A stretch of 64,000 bases of DNA from Ruditapes philippinarum (lineage: Eukaryota), in NCBI RefSeq assembly GCF_026571515.1, contig NW_026859100.1, forward strand, positions 62,001 through 126,000, given 5' to 3'. The notes under the pieces are model-generated. The model was not told the DNA's origin and did not search any database. It saw only the letters and a list, made by a program, of their open reading frames with translations. Made by a program: the position numbers and the translations under genes. This document shows, piece after piece, positions 50,207 through 61,519 of this stretch (position 1 is its first letter; every line of letters begins with the position of its first letter).

Positions 50207-51162
50207 TTTAAGAAATAATTTCTTGCTAATATTGGAATGGAAACACTTTTCGTACTTATTTTAGTGAAATAACAGTGAAAATCACGGACTTTAATTTACA
50301 AGTCCGAGGTGAAATCTGATGCCGGTTTAAGAAAAGTGAATATTGGAGAAGGAAACGACTAAATGAATTAATTTCATGGCTATGAACGTTGAATAAAGAT
50401 GTCAATATGTGATAATATTGAAACATTATCTTTGTCGTATGACCAGTGTTCCAAGAGATACGTTACTTCAATACATTTTAATTAAGAAATTGTTTGCTTA
50501 CGATACCGACATGACCAGATAAAAGAACTTGTTTTCTCCTGCATTGAATTAATCCAATTTGTGCCCTCGATGTGTTTCTCTCCTAATGTATTTTTGTATC
50601 AAACTTATTTATTGTTCACCGAAAAATTGACAACGTTCATTGTTTTCTATAGAGATTTTGAAAATTCAAAATATTGATAGAAAGTTGAGAAGATGTGCAC
50701 AAATGTATAATATATATTAAAAATGATGAATTTTGTTATTTTTAATTTCCTTTCTAAATATCATTGTATCTAAAATAGTAACCAGTTCATCTTTTGTTTA
50801 CTTCTTAGGTTGCTTATAAAAAAAAACAATGATACAAAACTTTTTTTAATTCAACGGTTGTTGAATAGCAGAACAAATATTTTAGCATAACATGTCAGAT
50901 TACAGAAAATTAGAATTTATTATGTACTTACAAATGAAATTTTGAGAAATATAAATGAAATAAAATGTGTATTTTCATTTTCCGTATTTTCGTTGTAATG
51001 TTTTTTTTTCATTGCAGTGAAACATATTTTCCGTATTTTCACTGATGCTTTGCCGGACAATTTTCTTCTTAATTCAGCCAATACACACATTTTTAAGTGA
51101 AGTCTTTTAAATTGTAATATCATTAAAAAAAGGTATTTAAGAAACAAAAAAACTCTTTTTTT

Positions 51163-51286
51163 CTATAAATACAGGATTTATTTTCATTCAGTGGTATGAA
51201 AATTATCATATTTCACTCGTGGCTGCAGCCCTTATGAAATATTTATTTTCATACCACTAGATGAAAATAAATCCCGTATTTATAGG
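51163..51286. repeat. ~120-bp imperfect palindrome (probable remnant of a hairpin-type element)
   Basis: ataaatacaggatttattttcat..agtggtatgaaaat...atttcactcgtggc pairs with gcc...tgaaat...attttcataccact..atgaaaataaatcccgtatttat. Confidence 0.7.
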
Positions 51287-51639
51287 GAAAAAAATCTTAA
51301 ATATCCTCTATTTATATACTTATGAAGCAATGTCTCCCTTTCAAAAAAATGTATATGAAAAAAAGAAATAAATGAACTAATATGTTGACATTGATGTGAA
51401 AGTCAGCAACCAACGTATAAGGTAATACATGCAAAAAACCATATCAATTTTTACTTATCTTAAAATATTACAAATGGGTCAATTAAAATTTTGAATAAAT
51501 TAACTTATGAGCAGAAACATATAAAACTTACTTTTGGTTAAAACATATTTATTCCCAAAAGTATATATAATGTACATACAAGTAATCAATAAACAAAATA
51601 TATTTACAAAATGGAAAAGGATAAGAACGAAAGACGAGC

Positions 51640-52130
51640 CTCTTTCAAACGTACTTTAAATCATTCTGTACCGATCGACTTTAGTGGAATTATTAACTTC
51701 AGAAAACCATTGTTTATAATATTGATCATATACATGTATGCGTTGGATAAGAGACTTAAGAAAAATAGCATGAGGATTATCAAATAAATAAAAAAAATAC
51801 CTAAGTCTTGTAAGATACATTTTACATCATTGGTCCATTTATCAACAAATCGATTGTTACTTTCCGTCATCATCATAAGTTTATACAATCAAAGCACTGA
51901 AAGCACTGGAGGAGCAATTGTGTTAACAAGTTGATACAAAAATGAATCAGGATTCTCAACAGTTATAAACCAAAAACTTAACAATACATGTGCTAATCTT
52001 CGTCATAAGTTTATACAATCAAAGCACTGAAAGCACTGGAGGAGCAATTGTGTTAACAAGTTGATACAACATTGAATCTGGATTCTCAACAGTTCTAAAC
52101 CAAAACTTAACAATACATGTGCTTATCTCA
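51640..52130 (-). mobile_element. Probable degraded non-LTR retrotransposon 3' fragment containing a ~131-bp tandem duplication
   Basis: Minus-strand peptides CIVKFWF and DKWTNDVKCILQDLG resemble the post-RT region of LINE ORF2. tcataagtttatacaatcaaagcactg...aatacatgtgct is repeated at ~51872 and ~52003. Confidence 0.45.
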
Positions 52131-52716
52131 AAACAAGAAGGGGTGTCTATTTCGGTAATAAGTATGATGACACAATAGTAATGAAAGCCTGTTTCAGAAC
52201 ATACGATATATGTAATAAAAGTCAATTAAACCATTACTTTAGCCGATTATTTTGTTAGCACAGTACCCAAAACGTATTATTGAGACTGTAATTTGGCGCT
52301 TTTAGTAATAAAGAAAACAATTAGTAAAATCTTCAGTAATTACGTACATGAACATTTTTATTGACCAAATCTAAAAAATGACATTCATCTAACATTATAC
52401 TTCATGGTGTTGGAATGTCTCTTTTTTCAAAAGTTACTTAAACAATTTATGTTTTTTTTTTCTTTAAAAAATGTTTGTTCATGTACAGTGGTACAGTCTA
52501 AATTTTCCAGAAGTTATGACATAGGTTTTTTCAATAACGTTTTAACAATAGCATTCACACTCTGTGCAGTCTGTTTTACATGTCTAAAATAATCTAACTG
52601 CATTGTATCACTTCTATTAGCAATTAATGCTATATAAATCAAGCAAATTAAAATTCCTTTGAATAAAGTAATACCCTCAATTAGCTGCTTAGGAAGCGTA
52701 TAATACATAGAATTAA

Positions 52717-53069
52717 AGGAACACCAATGAGGTTTAAAAGCATAAAGCACAAAATTTAAATTTCATACATAGATCACCTGGTATACTTGAAATAGAAAGA
52801 TACGCAAAAGATAATTTAAAAATATACTGAGAAATAGATTGAAAATCTTATTTTTGTGTTATTCTTAGCCCGATTTGAAAGGTGTTGAAAGGCTTTTCAA
52901 TTTTGGATCATTTTTCACAATAAGGATTATTATTCTGGAAAAAACTGAGTGAGCGAATGATCTGAAATTTTCCACACAAGTTTTTGGCATAGATCTACAA
53001 GAAATTGAAAATTTATGTCGAAAAATTATTCCCAGTCCTGTAATGTAAAATCCCCTCAGTGGAGTCCCT
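52717..53069. mobile_element. AGGGACTCCACTGAGG-family TTAA MITE
   Basis: TTAA|aggaacaccaatgagg ... cctcagtggagtccct|TTAA. Confidence 0.72.
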
Positions 53070-54214
53070 TTAAATATAGAATGTTTAATGGAAGTGATCC
53101 GCAAGTACATGTATGTTGATATTTTTTTATACCATGCACCTATAGACCATCTCTTCAGTCGAAAAAGAAAATTAATAAATATATAAATGAATAAATAAAT
53201 GAATCCATAGAGGAAAGTTAAGAGGGTAGAATTAAATTTTTATTTTCTTTTAAAAAAAAGCTTTGACTTTCATAGAAAATCTTGAAAAAGGAAATTGAAA
53301 AATTTACCTTGTGAATGACTTACTTTGACCTTCACAGATGAAGAGTTCCAATGTTTATCTGAACCAGCGGCGTCTCCCATGGTCTTTTTCCCTCATTCAA
53401 AGATGCTCAATTTTGAAATCACACGGAGTTCATCTCCATATATCTGCAATACGGACTTTGCTCGCTCGCCGTAACTCCGCTCTACATTCTGTCCAATCTT
53501 TCCATTACCTTTCAACCATACAGTAACAACTCAGCCGACCTACTATCTGAAACTGCATGTTAAATAACTGACAAGAATGTTCGCTATGTCTCGCCGACAT
53601 ATTTGTACAAACAGCGCTCTCAACAAAAATATTTAGAAATTCATGTACCTTATTCACACATTTCATCGTTCAATGACATTTACCGATTTTCAATATAGGT
53701 AAAAATCTATAAAATATAAATTAAAATTCTTGACAACACCTACCTTGTTCATTATACCTCAGAAAACATTGCCGCTCTTTTAAAGGGAGTGGGGCAGGTG
53801 TTTACTACATGTAGCAGGGCGTGCTTTTGAACATATATTTTACAATTTCTGATCACGGACTGTTTACCAATCACGTGTATTCATACGCTAAATGATTCAT
53901 TAAAACTATTTTTTTATAACATCTTACACTTTAATTAACAATGCTTTAACAGTCCGAAGCATGCATTTTCGTAATAAAAAATACACAGAGCTGCACAAAT
54001 TGGTATGTGGCCGCGAGAAAAACATGCAGCGTATTATGTCACAATTTTCACGCGGAGGAAAATTGATGTATTACACAAGAGACTGTGTATAAATTTAAAA
54101 CTATGGTCTTTGATGTAAAAGAGACATTTCCAGTTCTTGTAAGAAATCCTGTTCGTTACTTGTATCACTTTCTCAAATCAGCGTTTTCTATGTATTTTTT
54201 GTAAATGTTGGCGC

Positions 54215-54315
54215 TTATATAAAGAGGATGAAACTGTCAAAAGTTGGAAGAGTTACTTTAGAATTTCCCATTGTAAGGCTCATTGTGAAGTCATAGGCTC
54301 TGCATAAAGGTAGGG
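54215..54315 (+). promoter_or_regulatory. Candidate TATA promoter and non-coding first exon of the Met-rich gene
   Basis: TATATAAAG at ~54216, followed ~85 nt later by donor-like AAAG|gtaggg (54310). The ATG exon at 57837 begins with an acceptor, so an upstream UTR exon is required. Other candidates exist (e.g. TATATAAG at ~57300). Confidence 0.3.
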
Positions 54316-54471
54316 TGTTTATTTAATTATACAATATTCTTTTTCTTTTTATACAAAATAAAATTTGTTATACTTTCATATAATTTTAACAGCAAAAAAT
54401 GTAAAAGAAAAAATTTAATACTCTACTTCTTATCATTTAAATAAGCAGATTTTTTTCTTTACCAAAATATT

Positions 54472-54790
54472 TTACCAAAGTAAATGTGTTACGATTCAAT
54501 CCTATTGGACAAAAAATAATTTCAAACAATAATATGTGTTTTATTGAAACACATTAATATAAAAAAAGCATTCTTAGAAAATACATTTTCGTTTTATAGC
54601 AAACAGTTTACGAATTTGGTTGGATTAATCTTGAAATTTATTCTTAACGAAATCAAAGACCTAAAGTGTTTGAAATTATTTTTTGTCAGCTAAAATTGCA
54701 GTATTTTAAATGAATTAATGTTTGAAATTATTTTTTGTCCAATAGGATTGCAGTTTTTCAAACGAACCGTAACACATTTACTTTGATAAA
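54472..54790. mobile_element. Probable MITE (inverted repeats ~55-70 bp)
   Basis: caaagtaaatgtgttacg...aatcctattggacaaaaaataatttcaaaca is inverted at 54719-54789. Confidence 0.55.
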
Positions 54791-56155
54791 ATCGGCACTT
54801 TTAAATCGACTGTTTAGAAAATAATTTAAAACACGAAGCTATATAAAATTCACTAGTACGTATCTAAAAAATTAAAATGGTCCAACAGCTTAATAATAAA
54901 CATTAACTTACTGAGCTTACGAGTTCATACTCAAATATAAGAATTATTTCATTTCTATGCCTGAAATATTAGGCCTAGATTATAATAAATGTATTCTTTA
55001 TGTTTTCCAATAACTATTAAGCATAATTATAATAACCTTTATAAAATGCTACATTTTTTGAATTTAAGAGTTCTGCTCTGGCAATTTCAAATTGAGATGT
55101 CTAAGATTATCACACATTTTATAGTTTTGTTCATTTGGAACTGCCTCGGCTATTATCTATGTCCGAAGACTGACGGAAAGGGCCGAGTAGTTGCGATTGA
55201 GTTTTGATATGTTTTGTTTTATGTAAGTACTATGTCAATGTAGATGGGAACCATTTATGTTAATTGGATATTTTACTGTTTTTCTTTTCGAATTTACACA
55301 CTGAAAAGATTGAATTTTGTAATTATAACAATTATTAAATTGACACAATATTTTTTTATGCGGCGCAGATATATCATGGCGGATTCTCTTGTAGGTTTAT
55401 ATTTAATCGAAGTGAGCTCGTAATAATTCCGTATTTCAATCAGTATAGCATAATCTGCTGTAAATATTTTATGTTTAATAATAAATAAATTATCAACTTT
55501 GTTAATGCCAACAGAGTACGTCATTTTTTTTTTATTATATTGCGGCATTCCCCTTTACTGGGCTGTAGGCCTGCTGCATTTTGTAAATAGTTTAAAGTTG
55601 ATTTTTTTAGAACTAACATTTCCAAGGCATTTGTACAGCCATTATTATCCTAACTAAGGGTAAGTTAGAGAATGGTCTTATTCTTAATTGTAGCAACATT
55701 CCGAACAAATATCATTATTTTTCATAAAATTTTTAGTACAAAAAGTAACGGTAAAGATACGAATATTAAACGAAATGTTTCGTCTTATCATTAATTATTA
55801 AATGTTTACACGTAATGACGTTCCGATGTCCGAAATTGTTACCAAAATACATATTGGGCGTAGGTTTCGGCCATTAACACATCTGTGGAAGTTTCTAAAT
55901 TCCAAATTTCATACCATTTTTATGTTTAATTGTTGAATTGTACCATAGTCGGTGCTAGGGAGGGTGTAGGATGGTTGTTTGCATTAACCACTACCATCCA
56001 TGAAGACATTTTCAACATTTTCAATTTTACTTTGGGCGGTCTTTAGCAATTCCATTTTTGACCATTTTCTAATAGGTCTAAATTTTTCTTTACATTATTG
56101 TTTTGATTGAATTCGCATCAGATTGCACCAAGCATATGGTGTAAATGGTATTTAA

Positions 56156-56465
56156 AGCTGCACGCCTCCAGATGAGCCAAAATATTTCAAGAAATTCAAT
56201 ATTTAGAAAAATGTATTAAGATCATAAGAAAAGTAAAGAGATTCAATATTTAATTAATTATTTACATGTTATGTGCGATTAATGAATGCTTTTGCAGTAT
56301 CAATCACTATAATTTAGTGAGAAGTATTTATGTATATTTTGACCTCTTTTTGGTAATTTACGTGAATTGTAAGTGCCGTTTGCAATTGGTTCACTTCACA
56401 ATATTTTACTTTAACATACATTTTCAAAATTTTCATGAAAATTAATAATCTGGACGCATGGTGCT
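56156..56465. mobile_element. TTAA-target MITE (TIR AGCWGCAYGCCTCCAGAT)
   Basis: TTAA|agctgcacgcctccagat ... atctggacgcatggtgct|TTAA. Confidence 0.72.
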
Positions 56466-57844
56466 TTAAGGTATTGATAAGACTATAAGGAACTGAAAAA
56501 TTGACAACTTAGTTGAGTTATAATCATGTACATGTATATTGATTCAAAGAGCTTTAAATTACTATAATGAACATTGGTCATGCTTTTATGACATAGGATT
56601 TTTTTTATTGTAAACTTGGGTTATCGGATAAATAAACGACGTTTGTTACAACTTGCTTGCAGCGCGTGTTTTTATAGCATGTAATTCTCATGTAAAAAGC
56701 ATTTACATATGTTCCAACAGAAAATGTAACTTTAATGACTTAAAGAAAACCATGTGACAAGCAAGATGGATTTTAAATTGTGTCAAGTTTTACGTGTTAT
56801 TAACGGTGGTAAAAATCAAAGCACTGGAAATGCTGGAAAGAAGTGGAGTATTTGAGTCAGAATTACAACCTCTTTAAGTGTTTATCACATGTAGCACGTG
56901 CGTTTTAGTTAAAAGTATTTCAAAATGTTTTCCGCTGACAAAATTTTATTGGAAACCATATTTGTTTCTGAAATTAACAATTATTTGTGTTTTTGTATGT
57001 ACAATTTTATTGCAATACAGGTCACCTACATTAATCTTTTATCACATTGAATTAACTGTTATATTATGTTAAATCGAAATAAATAACTTCAAAACACACA
57101 CGCTGGTGATTGATTCGCCTGACTAGAACTGGAAACAATGCCTCATTCTGATATATTCAACGGGGGTCAGAAAAATGCAATCAAGCGGAAAGCCAATTTC
57201 TAGATGATTATTATTACTGCACAAAGAAATATCTACGGCAAATGTGGACCCGAAAATGAAAATTGCTAAATTCACGCATTCATGCACAATTTTACTAGGT
57301 ATATAAGCTTCGTTTCAATAACATTAGTTAAAAACAATACATATAAGCAATATGTTTTGCCATTTTACTTTCGGCTATATGGACAACGCCGTGCTGGTTC
57401 TCAAAATCGAGAAAATTACCTACTCATTATAGGTTTTCCCAGGGTTAAAATTAGAAACTGCATCGCTTTTAAAATTATGAAAGCTCGTCGATGATTGGCT
57501 GTGTGAAAGGTCACCAGAAATGACTTCGTATTTGGTCACGGTTAGAGCTAAAAGCGGAGCGTTATTTAGAGCTGATTTTACAAGTCCGTTTACAAGTTAT
57601 TGTGTTAAAATTCAATGTACAAAAGTTACACTTTAAATTCATTTTAAATAACTTTAGCATTTTTTCTTCTGAATTAAGGTATGAAGTTGTTTCAATGTTG
57701 CTTTATATGCGCTGTAGTTCGCGACAAAGGTGCAGTCGTTTAGGTAACGGTTATCAAAGTGAATATCAAGGTTAGACTCTACATCTTTCATACGTTCTTT
57801 AAAACTTTATCAAAAATAACATTTCGTATATTTCAGGTATAATC

Positions 57845-60236
57845 ATGATGGTAATAGCAGTAACATGTTTGACATTGGTTCTCTGTGTGTCGCCGTCGCT
57901 TTCGACCGTCCATATGAACGAGAATGGTAAGTTCGTCATTAAAATTTTGTTTATCTAAGCTTCATTTTCTGGATTTAAATAATTAATTTCGAGAAATCTG
58001 ACAAACTATGTCTTTTACTTACTTTCTCTATTGTTCGACTTCACTTCATTACTTTAGAAATAACACTGCACGTAATGAATAAATAGGTACTATATTCTAT
58101 ATTCGTAGCTTGATTTCTAGTTACCTACTTAACCAGAACTTTCTTTGTTGCTATTAAAATATCTGAGGCACAATGTTTGAGGCATAATAAAATTTGTTTG
58201 CTTTTGAATTCTTAAGGAGGAAAGAACATGATGCCGGAGATGCCAATGGAAAAACCAGAAATGAAAATGGCGAAAAATAACATGATGAATAAAATGCCTA
58301 TGCCTATGATGAAAAAGATGATGCCGATGATGTCGATGAACAACAAAATGCCCATGGACATGAAAATGATGCCAATGGACAACAAAATGATGCCAATGAA
58401 CAACAAAATGATGGACATGAAAATGATGCCAATGAATATGATGCCAATGGACAACAAAATGATGGACATGAAAATGATGCCAATGGACAACAAAATGATG
58501 CCAATGAACATGAAAATGATGCCAATAGACAACAAAATGATGCCAATGAACATGAAAATGATGCCCATGGACATGAAAATGATGCCAATGAATAACAAAA
58601 TGATGCCAATGGATAACAAAATGATGCCAATGGACATGAAAATGATGCCAATGGACATGAAAATGATGCCAATGAATAACAAAATGATGCCAATGGATAA
58701 CAAAATGATGCCAATGGACATGAAAATGATGTCAATGGACAACAAAATGATGGACATGAAAATGATGCCAATGGACATGAAAATGATGCCAATGGATAAC
58801 AAAATGATGCCAATGGATATGAAAAATGATGCCAATGGACATGAAAATGATGCCAATGGATAACAAAATGATGCCAATGAATATGATGCCAATGGACAAC
58901 AAAATGATGGACATGAAAATGATGCCCATGGACATGAAAATGATGCCAATGGACAACAAAATGATGCCAATGGATATGAAAATGATGCCAATGGACATGA
59001 AAATGATGCCAATGGATAACAAAATGATGCCAATGAATATGATGCCAATGGACAACAAAATGATGGACATGAAAATGATGCCGATGGATAACAAAATGAT
59101 GCCAATGGATATGAAAATGATGCCAATGGATAATAAAATGATGCCAATGGACATGAAAATGATGCCAATGCCAATGGATAACAAAATGATGCCAATGGAC
59201 AACAAAATGATGCCAATGGGTAACAAAATGATGGACATGAAAATGATGCCGATGGATAATAAAATGATGCCAATGGATATGAAAATGATGCCTATGGATA
59301 TGAAAATGATGCCCATGGATAACAAAATGATGCCAATGGATAACAAAATGATGCCAATGAATAACAAAATGATGCCAATGGATAACAAAATGATGCCTAT
59401 GGAAATGATGAAAATGATGCCAATGGATATGAAAATGATGATGAAGGATTGCCCTCCTGAAATGATGCCAATGATGATGGAGATGATGAAAATGATGCCA
59501 ATGGACAACAAAATGATGCCAATGGATAACAAAATGATGCCAATGGATATGAAAATGATGCCAATGCCAATGGATAACAAAATGATGACAATGGACAACA
59601 AAATGATGCCTATGGATAACAAAATGATGCCAATGGACAACAAAATGATGCCAATGGACATGAAAATGATGCCAATGGATAACAAAATGATGCCAATGGA
59701 TATGAAAATGATGCCAATGGATAACAAAATGATGCCAATGGATATGGAAATGATGCCAATGAATAACAAAATGATGCCAATGGACATGAAAATGATGCCA
59801 ATGGATAACAAAAATGATGCCAATGGATATGAAAATGATGCCAATGCCAATGGATAACAAAATGATGCCAATGGACATGAAAATGATGCAAATGGATAAT
59901 AAAATGATGCCAATGGATATGAAAATGATGCCAATGGATAACAAAATGATGCCAATGGATATGAAAATGATGCCAATGCCAATGGATAACAAAATGATGC
60001 CAATGGACATGAAAATGATGCCAATGCCAATGGATAACAAAATGATGCCAATGGACATGAAAATGATGCCAATGGATAACAAAATGATGCCAATGGATAT
60101 GAAAATGATGCCAATGCCAATGGATAACAAAATGATGCCAATGCCAATGGATAACAAAATGATGCCAATGGGTCCAGACTGTCCACCAGGTATGCAGGGT
60201 ATGGACATGAAAATGAAAAAGAAAGGTGGATACTGA
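57845..60236 (+). CDS. Secreted extremely methionine-rich repetitive protein (~699 aa after correcting two +1 A insertions); join(57845..57926,58217..60236); candidate hinge-ligament or shell-matrix protein
   Basis: Exon 57837-57926 (tttcag|gtataatcATG) encodes signal-peptide-like MMVIAVTCLTLVLCVSPSLS-TVHMNEN-G|gtaagt. It splices in phase 1 to cttaag|GA GGA AAG AAC ATG(58228), in frame with the (MMPMD[M/N]K)n ORF. Three overlapping + strand ORFs join at A5 runs (58822-58826, 59810-59814) where all other units have A4. Ends GPDCPPGMQGMDMKMKKKGGY*. Variation is mostly synonymous (GAT/GAC, CCA/CCC/CCG/CCT) and indels are whole codons. Confidence 0.88.
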
Positions 60237-60346
60237 AAAATAAGTTATTGAAATTTACTAGTATTCAAATTGATTGGGTTCGCCCTTTACCATCAAAAAA
60301 TGGCATAGACTTTTTAGGGTACACGTTTACATGTAAACGAGAGTTC

Positions 60347-60400
60347 AATAAATTATGTAATAAATTTCTTTGCTTTACTGGTATTTCAAAACCAAATAAA
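60347..60400 (+). terminator. Candidate polyadenylation signals of the Met-rich gene
   Basis: AATAAA at 60347-60352 and 60395-60400, downstream of the TGA at 60236. Confidence 0.5.
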
Positions 60401-61099
60401 TGTGGACTGTTCGTTAGAACATATTCCAGCTTTTAATTTCATATATCAACACTATAGTTGGAATTGATTTTTTCCCAGTCCAAGTCTGGTTTTTGACTTC
60501 ATGTAAAATTTGCAGGGAAGAATTGAATATAAGAAGGGTTTTCATTGGTCATTTTAAAATTACAAAATGAAATCTGGGAATCTCATTGGCCATTCTAAAC
60601 TAAAATGTAAATGAAAGTTCTTGCCATTATAAAATAAATGTAAAGGATACAGTAGTTATAAAATACACCTTTTTTGTAAAATGAAAAGGATAATTCTTTC
60701 TAGTCAAATGGCTTAGATATTTAAATTCTGTTTAACAATACTTCCTCCCACAAAACATTTTACACTGCATTCAGATCTTTTTACATTTTCTAGTGAACAG
60801 TTTTTTAGTACATTTTGCATAAGATCTGGGTTTTTTTTTTAAATTTTGTCCAAAAGTACCGATACTTATCAGAACCTAATCAGGTACCTTAAGTTTATGA
60901 TGTTCAATAAGTGTCTCATATATTGTATGATTATCGTTGTGTTCAATTAATGAAAATGTTGATAATTTTCACACATTTTTGCATATTATTAATATTAATC
61001 AAGTATATAAACAAAAGCAATAAAAGGCTAGATAATATAAAGTCCCGATCCAGGACTTGTGTGGCATGACATAATTGGGAAAGATAATCACCGCCATTG

Positions 61100-61182
61100 T
61101 ATACACACCGGCAGTAAGACCGGTATACACAATGTCAGTAAGACCGTGTACACAATGTCAGTAAGACCTGTGTACACAATGT
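61100..61182. repeat. ~23-bp tandem repeat (tacacaatgtcagtaagacc..), ~3.5 units
   Basis: Direct read. Confidence 0.75.
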
Positions 61183-61519
61183 AATCACCGTAGTTTAATT
61201 ACTAAAGAATCAAAATGTGATATTCGTGAAATGACATATTATATATATCTTAGGTTAATATCAATATACACTATTCTTCTTATCAGATGACCCCATCATG
61301 TGTATTATTCTTGATTCGTAATACTGTAAAACGTTTCACCAACACTTGTTTTAAGCCAATTCTTTGGAAATATGCTAGAAACGCATATACTGTAATTTTT
61401 TGCTTCCGGATAAAAAACGAAACAAGATCAGTTTTGGTGAGCAATATTTTGAAAATCTAAGGAATTTTCAGATAACACTTTTAAAAATCGCCGAGTTACT
61501 CTGAAGGTTAGTCTTCCAA

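Noticed and set aside
58212-60208. Long minus-strand ORFs (353, 634, 484 aa; His/Trp-, Ile/Gly- or Cys/Pro-rich)
   Set aside because: Antisense shadows of the stop-free 21-nt repeat. Only the + strand Met frame has a signal-peptide exon, splice sites in phase and synonymous-biased variation.
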